A model generated the notes under the pieces. That model was not told where the DNA came from, ran no database searches, and worked only from the letters and a program-made list of their open reading frames with translations. A DNA stretch of 64,000 bases. Source: Phoronis australis. Lineage: Eukaryota > Animalia > Phoronida. The stretch lies in assembly GCA_002633005.1 (NCBI GenBank), contig NMRA01000108.1:163911-227910 (forward strand), written 5' to 3'. A program made the translations under genes and the position numbers. Position 1 is the first letter of the stretch; each line of letters begins with the position of its first letter. Positions 54,756 through 64,000 of the stretch are shown piece by piece.

Positions 54756-55300
54756 ATGCTTGTTCAGGAGAAAAAAACATAGTTATCTCGTTGGAAAAAC
54801 ATTATTTGGGAATACGTTTGTCTCGAGTAAACTCGTTTGATCAAATGTTGACAAAAGTGATGAGAAAATATCACTTTTTAAGATTTCCTTCAATAAATGC
54901 CTGTTATTCCTCTTCTTTCTAGACATTCGGACAGTCCTGACAATGAAGAAAACTCAGTTTAAGCGGCCTTGGATATTTCAAAATTAGTGCGGTGCTCTTT
55001 TGCACAGTATTAGAACAACCACGTCTATAGCGACACAGTGTTAGTAATGCTTGTTGATTTCTGAATTATTAAACTTAAAATTGTTCTTAATGAATGTCTG
55101 TTCATGTAAAAAAACATGACGTAGTTATCTTGTTGACAGAACAGCATTGGGGATATGTTTGTCTAAACTCGTTTGATCAAGTTTTGGATGAAAAAATATC
55201 ACCTTTAATGACTTCTTTGAAGGAACGATTGTTATTCTTCATCTTTCTGGAAATTCTGATGGTCCTCGCAACGACAACATCTAAAGAAAACTCTGTTAAA
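54756..55300. repeat. Diverged ~200 bp direct duplication
   Basis: ~54757-54962 vs ~55094-55300, sharing TAGTTATCT, TAAACTCGTTTGATCAA, AAAATATCAC, TGTTATTC.TC.TCTTTCT and AAGAAAACTC. Confidence 0.8.
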
Positions 55301-58120
55301 ACGTTGAATGTCACAAGCCCAGATACTCAAGCTTGGCTTACTTTGTTTTCGCCTTCTTACGTTACTGCAAAACTGCAGAACAAGTACGATAGTACGTATT
55401 GGAATGACCGAATATTGCGCACTGAACTGAAGAGGACATGGATTGAGTGCAATATGGTTGTTTGGTTTCGAGAACTTTGTGAGGATATTGTTAGATAACG
55501 GTGAAGCCATTGGAGAATGCTAAAATGATTTTCATAGTATGCCTGCTTTAGAGCTTGTGTTGCATTAAAGGTTTCTCGGGGGCTTGGGGAACTTGTTGCC
55601 AGAAGTATTGAGCTTGCCTTTGGGTACCATATATATTGAGCTACCGCCCCCGCCCCCTCAGTAGCCTCTTTCAGAAATGTTCATCTTGCCAAAATGTCTC
55701 CGTCCAAACAGAGTTCAAGTGGGTCTTTTAACGGAAACTGGTGGGGCTCTTTCCGAAACTTGTATTCCCGTTGGCAGCACCTCATTCAGTCACGGAACAT
55801 CTTGTTTCCAAAAACCACCTTAGGAGGCTATTTCGTCAGAATCCTGGTATCTATTTCAGTGGCGTGACGTGACTAGTTTTGTTTTGACCTTGCTTTTCAC
55901 AAGGGAAATAATTTAGTCAAAGTTCTCATTACAAACATGTTAACCATTTTTTACTCTCTAACCATGGCAATTTTTGTAAAAAAAACATAGCAAATCATAG
56001 CACCGACGAAAACGAGTCAAAATATTGTCAAGCGTAAAAATGCATTGCATGTACCTACTTACCTATTAGAGGTTCTTACATCTAGTAACTGTGAGTGTTG
56101 TTAAACTCCATGGTAACTGCTTTTCTCCTGTCGACCAAGGCTCGTGATTTGAGATTATTTTGGCGAAAGAGATTGCCAGTAAAAACCAAAGCGAAGGTTT
56201 GAAAACTTATCGGAAAAATGCGTATTGATTACCGAAAATACGTACCATTTTGACGCTATGCCGTAACACTACGGAAGCGGTAAAAATACGTAGCAAATAC
56301 GTAATTCCCGTATTGGTTGACATATACGTCATAACTATTTTATTTTCATATTTAGTACTGGTAGGTACTCACATACAATGGTAATGTGGTAGTGTTATTA
56401 AATGTTTTCAATGATATTGAACATAAAGCGTGGCATAGTCCAAATCGATTTTTAGTTTATAACGAAACAAAAAAATAGAAAATTGACCCAATTATTAAAT
56501 ATTTATTACGAATGTCTGACCTCCATAGATCGAAACTCGAGTTGATTTTGTTTTTTCTATCCACTCGCGAAGCAGAGAATTCAGAAAATCAAAATCGTCT
56601 CAGTTATTCTATTTCCACACAGAGTACGCAGACGCTCAGGCCGCAGTCGTTTCATTGATTAGTGCTCAGACAACTTGGCAATTAAACATGTCTGGAATCC
56701 GGAGATGTCGGTAAATTTCATAGTTTCGATCGTTAGCACTCTTATTGACACATCAGGCAGGAGCAATAAATCCGATTACCCAATTTAAATTACCCGCAAC
56801 ATGGAGTCAGCGTTATCTAGCACCGCCAAATCTCACGAGACCCTGATCTTTCGTATTGAAAGACACAAATATAATATACCATTTAGTGGTCTGAGATTGG
56901 TGCGACAAGTCAACGAATAACAATTATTTTATGTGCGCTTTATCTCTCCCCACCAAATAGTGAACGTTCAAACAGGTGTCAGCTGGTGAACCGGACGTTT
57001 GTGATCAATAATTATGCCGACGTTGGAACGGCATCTCACTTTGCATTATGTGGAGCAGAGCAAGGAAAAACTTAAGTAGAAATGTCCATCATCTTTAAGA
57101 TCTTGATGTAGACTGAGGAGCGTCAACGATCAAACAACCCGAGGATGCGATACGCATCAGACTCGGCAATCAAAAATATACAACTTGCGGAATTGTAGCT
57201 CGACCATATTGGAAAAGGGTCAGAATGTTGCATTGTGGGTATAGAGGTATCATTCATTCGGTAAACAAATATGTCAGCAAGGGAATATGGGGAGAAGAGG
57301 TCACAGGAAGGTTAAACATGTATGTGTTCTGTGCCTGGCTCCTTTAACCTTTAACAGTACGCGAGATAAAAACCTTTGTAACGAATTGCCGGGGATCAAG
57401 AACTTGGTAAACATGGATCAATGACATTGGTGTAGCTGAAAACAAAGGGCAGTCATTTGCTGATACCTCGCGGCATGGAGTACGCAGCGCTCATGATTTT
57501 GGAAGATAAGAAAACGTATCTTGGAGACTGTCTTACAATATTTCCCCTGGAACAAATAACAACAAGTACTCCACTGTTGACGGACAATTGTGAAAAAGAT
57601 GTTTTTGTTTGACCTAAATCTCAGCCGAACAGAGCATTCTCCACCTTGATTCTGTGTCTAGGATCAGGAAAATGAAACTTGAAAGCAAAGTGACTGCAGT
57701 CGTGGCCAACGAGCACCGCTACTGTTTACCGAGATGGCAATGATAGCAGCATGTACGATATTGTTAAGAAAAGTAACGAAATTATTGACAGTATGTGGTC
57801 AAAAATAAGTGAACTAGAGGATTAGTTCTCAAAGGTCAAGTACGAGCTTTTTGTATGTAAACAAGAGCTATATCACACGACCAGAAATTGGTGAAGAAAC
57901 GAGGAAAAGGCAAAGAAAATATTATATGCTTACGCTGGAGTTAGAAAAACAAATTGGCTTAGAAGGAATAAAAAACAAACCTGAAAAATACATTTTACAC
58001 CGGTTTCAATTGATTAAGATCGTTTGATTTATCATTGTTGATAATTAAAAAGTTTGTCATATCTTTCTGTAGGTTATTCTTAAATATGGGATGTCATTCC
58101 CTTTGTTCTCTTGTTCTCAA

Positions 58121-58388
58121 ATGCGAAGGTAACCTATTTCATGTCATTTTCAGTAAAAAATACGGTTCGTTGGAAAGTGATGATGACAATTTTTAGGAAA
58201 ACAGCATGAAATCAACAGTGGAACAACGCAGAAACAAAATGGCGGGAAATTCTTAACCCCCTAAACGTAGCTTCTTTTGTAGTGCACGACTTATTAATTA
58301 CGAGAAGCCGTAATTAACTGAAAAATATGTCTGGGATAATCAAAGCTTCGTAGTTTTATTAAAAACGACATGAAAAATGGTTGCCTTT
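58121..58388. mobile_element. Decayed MITE related to the Kolobok element at 24208-25424
   Basis: GCGAAGGTAACCTATTTCATGTCATTTT ... GTAATTAACTGAAAAATATGTCTGGGATAA ... GACATGAAAAATGGTTGCCTTTTAA matches both TIRs of the 24.2 kb element. Confidence 0.75.
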
Positions 58389-59329
58389 TAAAAGTTTATG
58401 TTTTGATTTTATTTGATTCAAATAAGTTACTTACACAAATTTAACATGTGTAATACATTTTTGAAGTCAGGGTAGCTAGGGTCTTTCTGGTTAACAACGG
58501 ACACCAATTCGATTTTAGTTATGGCTCATGGTTCTTACTAAAGCGGTAAAGGCCTGGCCGTCGACTTGTCAAATGCCGTAAACAGAGTTATAACCAAATT
58601 ATTTTACAAAATTTTAACAGAAATGAAAGGATACTACAAAAAGGAAGATTTATACATGCGTGCATTTGTGTGTCTAACACTGGATGTTGTATAGTTTGTC
58701 TACTTTTAGGATTTACTTAATATTATAACCAAGACCTCACCATGTATCATTTCGAAACTAATTAGTCCACCTTCACTTGGATGCGGTTTTTTTAATTTTG
58801 CTGCTTAATTTTACTCGTGATTACACCACAATTTCGGACATCGACGCAGCTTGACAAGTAGGTGCATGGGTCTCTGCATGCACATATTAAAGGGTTACTC
58901 TGTGGCAGAACCGAAATGTGAATATAGCAAGCCTTGTTAAAACATTCCTTTTGGCAACATGCTCTAATGAAAAAACAACACCTACTTACTCCTGAATTTA
59001 TATTTTTCATGATTTGAATATCCAACTGAGTAAATATAACAGGTAACTTAAGTCTTACAAGGCCTTAACGTGCTGAACAGAAAGATATCTTCAAAGTTCT
59101 TGAAACCACCATTTACGTGTGCCTACACTGTCAGCATCGTTAAATCTTCCTTTAGAGCACTGCATATCACAACCGTGAATTTAATATCCCAAAAACGGAT
59201 AAGGAAGTAAAGCGGCTGTAATAGAAAGTTTCCTTGCTCTACGGACATGAGTGTGACGTATGAACGAACCCAGCACCCGAGTGTGCCATGTCCACCAACA
59301 CGCGAGTTTCTTCATGTACAAAAGTGTGC

Positions 59330-60160
59330 CATATCCACGTACGCATTAAGATCGTTTGGAATATCTGGTACTCTATTGAGTTTATCGGAGTCTTATCTAA
59401 ATAATCGCATCTACAGTCAGTGTGAATTGATGGCGTGCATTCAATGTCGTCTTTTCCGGGTTACGTGATTGCGGGTGTGCCCGAGAGCAGTCCTTTTACT
59501 CCATTACTTTTCCTTTTATACATAATAACCTCCCCGACAATATCTCATGTAAAACCTATCTGTACGCTGATGACACGTCTTATCTCTCTTCCTTCATTCC
59601 ATAGGGACGAGATGATCTACACAGACTTTCTTCGTTGGCTGCCAAATGGTGAATGAATTTCAAAGCAGGAAAAGTGTTGACATTATCTTCTCACCATCCA
59701 GAAATCCAGAAACTCGCTACTGCATGTAGATCCAGTATTAGATTTACAACTTAACGGTGGGAGAATACCCAAAAATATAACTATAAACATTGAGGGTATT
59801 ATTCTTGAAAATAATTTTTTTCTCTTTATGGATACTCATTGTCGTGATCTAGTTGGTAAGATTCGAAAGTTGTTGAATCCAATCAAACTTGTATCAAGAC
59901 GCCTAAGCTCAATGCAGCTACATGTAGAGGTTTTGTTTAGTGCATTTGTCCTATCCCACTTTGACTATGGAGGTATTATCTATCCGATAAGCTGGCGCTG
60001 GTGTTTTACTCCAGTTAGAATTGTTTGCTGTATCAAGATGCACTTTCAATCACAGGATCGTTTAAAGGTTCAGAATAAATATAGTTCTCAATGGTCAACA
60101 CTTTCCGAATGAAGGAAACTATACATAACCATGTACACATTTAAAGTTCTCAATAACATA
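59330..60160 (+). mobile_element. Decayed LINE (CR1/L2-like) reverse-transcriptase fragment
   Basis: Frameshifted RT motifs in order: LRSFGISGTLLSLSESYLNNR, AGVPESSPFTPLLFLLYI, LYADDT (CTGTACGCTGATGACACG ~59560), KTLRVLFL/YKHLG-like, FVLSHFDYGGIIY. Confidence 0.85.
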
Positions 60161-63148
60161 AACAATACGTCTAATAAGCTTATATTTTAAAAAATATGAA
60201 AGAGAATGAACTTGAAAATTAGCGTAAGCAAACAAAGACATTGATTCGACGTTTTGCTTTATTCACGTTGGATCAATACGTCTTTGTTTACTTACGCGCT
60301 AATTTTAAAGTTCGTGCTCATGTTTTGACCTAAAACAAATGTGATGAAAGAGAATGCCGACAACTCGCAGATCAACAATTCCAGTGTGTATAGACAATTG
60401 GAATACACCGCCTTTAAATTTACGAGAAACCGTTCACCCTCAATGATAAAACATGTTTTAAAAATCACTTCTGTCATGCGAATCTAGCTTTCCCTTTACC
60501 AAGTTTAGAACTATTCCTAGAGGAAACCAATGCTATAACTATAGAGAACGGGACAAGTCTAAGTTATCGACGGAGTGTAAAGTTCTCTCAACTCTACATC
60601 TTACACCAACCTCTACATACCTAAGCGTTCAACATATTTTGTGGCTCAGTAGTAGCGCGTAAATATGTCTCATGATCCGCTCTCAAATTCTAGATACACA
60701 ATTATGTTGCACAGCATTTACCTGTCAAAACGTTTTCCAAATCATTCAAAGAAGCTGTAAACCCACATTCCGTCGAAGGAATTAAGTTTTGGTTGAGGCC
60801 ACTAACTGACTTATGATCTTTGACCTAAACTTTCCCCTTACTCAGAAGAAGCGTCTCCAAGGTTTAAAAAAGATTGGCAGCTCTTTAGGGCACCGCGCTT
60901 AAAAGGACATGTCACAAGCCAACTTACAAAACTATTAAGCTTGGTACCAATCAATAATGAATGGTCGTTTCTTTCCATACCACGATACCCACATCTGAGC
61001 TCACTAAGGAACACTTTTAAGACCTATTTCTATACGGGGAGTGTTATTAATTGGACGTTCTCAAAGCCATGTACGTTTTTTGTCATAATCGGACAAAAGC
61101 GACAATTTGGCATACGATCCATTTTGGTGGACACTTATAGCTAGCCAGAGACTCTGCACCATAGATATCACAGCATTAAGATGTCTATGCCCTGCACATT
61201 GTGAGCAGTTCGCGTTTTTCCACAAAAGATGCATTCACGAAAAGTAATTCATGTTTTTGCTGGAGGATCTGATGCCAACGCCTTCCCAAGCAATCAACGT
61301 TCAGTTTTCCAGATGTTCATTGCTACAGTCTGTTTTGAAGATGACCAAAATTCAAATTCGCAGCCATCGGTAGTCATGAGAACGAGAAATGCGTCAATAA
61401 ATTGACAAACGCAAGTCGCTTTGACAGATCTTTATTTTGCCTTAGTCGTCATTACATTTATTTAACTGCGTAAATTTCCAATGTCATCCATGTCGTTGAT
61501 CTATGAGTGGGCTGAAAATCAAGTTAAAAACGCTAATTAAGTAATTACAATCGTGTTATAGGCGAGCACAAAAATGAAAGACACTTGGGTTGAGAATTCA
61601 CTGAGGTAGAGTGGAGACTTTTCAAGATACAAGTCAGAGTTGTAAATGTAGTTTCAGTTCGAAGAATAGATTTCCGGCAACAGTGTCGACATGTCCCAGT
61701 TCGAAAACATCATCATTCGCAACTTTTGGAACTGACTACAAAGCATTTTACTCGACGTTGCGAAGCCGCCTGGCTCCTTCTATTGGGAATTGATGACTGT
61801 TGCTTCACGCACAAATTTCGTCACCCTCTGTCGATTTTCACAGATACATGTAATGGTCCAGGGCCTTGCAGCTTCCGTCTATGAACACCGATAGGGGGCA
61901 ACGAAGTTTTCGCGCGAACCATTCAGTTATCAATCCCCAGTTGCAGAACCAAGGTGGCCCTAAAACGTCGGGAAAGTAATTTCGCAGAAAGTTCCAAACG
62001 CTGTGATTTTTTAGTTTTTCCGTATAGGTTATTCGGCTGGATGCATCCACTGTAATCTCCGGCGTCTGAAATGTCCCCGTGTTTGTGGGGTTAAGTTAAT
62101 TAGTGATAGCACTAACGTTTAAAATGGTGAACATAAATTTCTTTAGACAGGACAAAAACTACAAGTTAAATTATTCTCAATTCCTGCACCCAGGGAATCT
62201 AATCATCAAGTTCAGGCTCGACTCAGCCTTAGACTCGGAGCTTCATTCAATCAACTAAGTTCCCTAAATCGTTTGCGTACTTGAGTCCTTCATAAATCAC
62301 ATAAGTAATCTCTTTCTATCATCTTATTTTTATTGCGAGCTCCTTTTCATTAATGGCAACCTCTGGTAATATAACTAAAAACTGACCCTTTAGTTCAACG
62401 AAAATAAATAAGAGACTTAGTCCCAAAATTAAGGGCGTTGGCTTAAGTTAGCAGCTCATTACTTAAGTTCAATAATACTGCAAAGTCAACGTAGAGTTCA
62501 TTCTCGATTTGACTTTGTAATAACGTTAAAAGGGTACATGTATAACAAAGGGTAACCAGTGTTTCCACAAGTCCACAACAACGCAGTAAATTTAGGGAAC
62601 TTAGTGGAGTCCCTACTTGGGACAGTTTCATGAAGACAACCGAGCATTTGTCCCGAATTGTCTTTCGTCATAATGTTGCAGACTCCGCCTTGCTGTTCAA
62701 TAAGCTGCCACTAGATTTTGCACCACACGATACGTCGTAAGATACTGACCTGGTTCCCGGGCCTCACAAGCTGACGTCACGGATTGCTTGTGAAGGCCCA
62801 GGTACAGCGCACTAGAACGATGGTTTTCATTGGCTGTCAGCTGGCAATTTTTAACCAGGAAGTTTGCTCTGCGCATGCTGGCATCTGGTATTACGTTATC
62901 AGGTCGCTAGGTGTCCCTAGAGTAAAGTTATTTTGCGACTGGGTCGCTTTTGCGGTCGGGGAGAACTCTCTGGTGAGGTAGCTGTTTATATGTTGTGATA
63001 TTACCAAATAACTGAAGTAAAATCATGTAATTATCGATTACTTATTAGGAAAATAAACCTGAATTAACAATGGCTTCACTCTTTTCACTTGGCATTTTTC
63101 AGTTTCATTTTTGAACGGTTTTTATGAATTGAAAACATCCCGAAATCC

Positions 63149-63311
63149 TGGATCCAGGATTTTGAGTTAGGGGGAAGGGGGGTGGGGCAAGGGCAGAGTA
63201 TTTTGCCCGTCAGACATTTGCACCCCCAAACTGCCAAATGGAATCTGGGAGAATTTTAGGCAGGGCCATGGCCCCCTTGCCGCCCCCCCCCCCTTCCCCC
63301 TATCCATCTTT
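63149..63311. mobile_element. Short G/C-tract MITE related to 17369-17602
   Basis: TGGATCCAGGATTTTGAGTT.GGGGG...CCCCCTATCCATCTTTG. Confidence 0.5.
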
Positions 63312-63649
63312 GTACAGTGTTACAGTAGATACTCCTGGCACCCACTTTCCACCACTTCGCAGCCTACACAGTCTTCACCTCCTAAAACAACACAATTTTC
63401 GACCCTCCAGGTAGCAAAAATTCTCAAGCTACACCCCTCACCTCGTTGACATACTAATTTTTTCTTCCCCATTTCCCTTTTTGAGGTGGGACCCCACACA
63501 ACTTGAGGGTCCTAAGCCATTCAGATCACCTTGGGTATATTCGGGGCCTCAAACTTTTCATTGGAGGTGAATTTAACCTGCATGATTATCAAACTTAGTG
63601 GAGAATGATTGGCCATAAAGTTCGAGCATGCACTGAAAACATTAACTTC

Positions 63650-63947
63650 CAAGGGCATCCAGAACACCTCAGGTATTTTCGTAACCTCAGATTCCACCTA
63701 ATAGGTGAACGCTCTCTGCATGTGAGCGGACTTCAGTTAGCCTATTATTGTCGAGATTGAAAGTCACGTGACTTACCATATTTTGGATAACATTCATCTC
63801 CGAGAGGATATTTGAGGCTACGAAAATACCTGAAGTGTTTCTAAGGAAAATTTGTACATGTAAATAGGAAAATAGCCGAGGTGCTCCAGATGTTCCGAGG
63901 GTAAATTTGTAGCTACGAAAATACCCGAGAGGTGTTCCAAATGGGCC
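63650..63947. mobile_element. MITE-like element with internal inverted and direct repeats
   Basis: AGAACACCTCAGGTATTTTCGTAACCTC (63661) is the inverse of GAGGCTACGAAAATACCTGAAGTGTTTCT (63814). GCTACGAAAATACC recurs at 63912, and the element ends AATGGGCCC|TAA. Confidence 0.55.
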
Positions 63948-64000
63948 CTAACCTTTAGTTTTGTGCATATCTGGTACTAGAAGAATCTCCACCCATTTAG

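Overview
Eukaryotic, AT-rich, intron-rich invertebrate-type genomic DNA with GT-AG introns, microsatellites, many MITEs and one N gap. The window holds three protein-coding genes, all on the + strand. (1) A fibrinogen-related-domain (FReD, ficolin/techylectin-like) gene at about 1.8-8.7 kb, with a dead duplicate of one exon. (2) A CCDC158-like coiled-coil gene with 24 phase-consistent coding exons at 13.9-46.3 kb; its introns carry two identical tRNA-Cys(GCA) genes and a Kolobok-type DNA transposon. (3) A two-exon Cys-rich class-B (adhesion/Methuselah-like) GPCR at 49.6-53.8 kb. The most unusual items are a ~1.6 kb nested fold-back element carrying two convergent tRNA-like Pol III cassettes (2267-3885) and Kolobok-like relics with convergent THAP and KolX-like stubs (912-1260, 24208-25424). 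A decayed CR1/L2-type LINE lies near 59.3-60.2 kb. Family names come from motif recognition only; no database searches were run.
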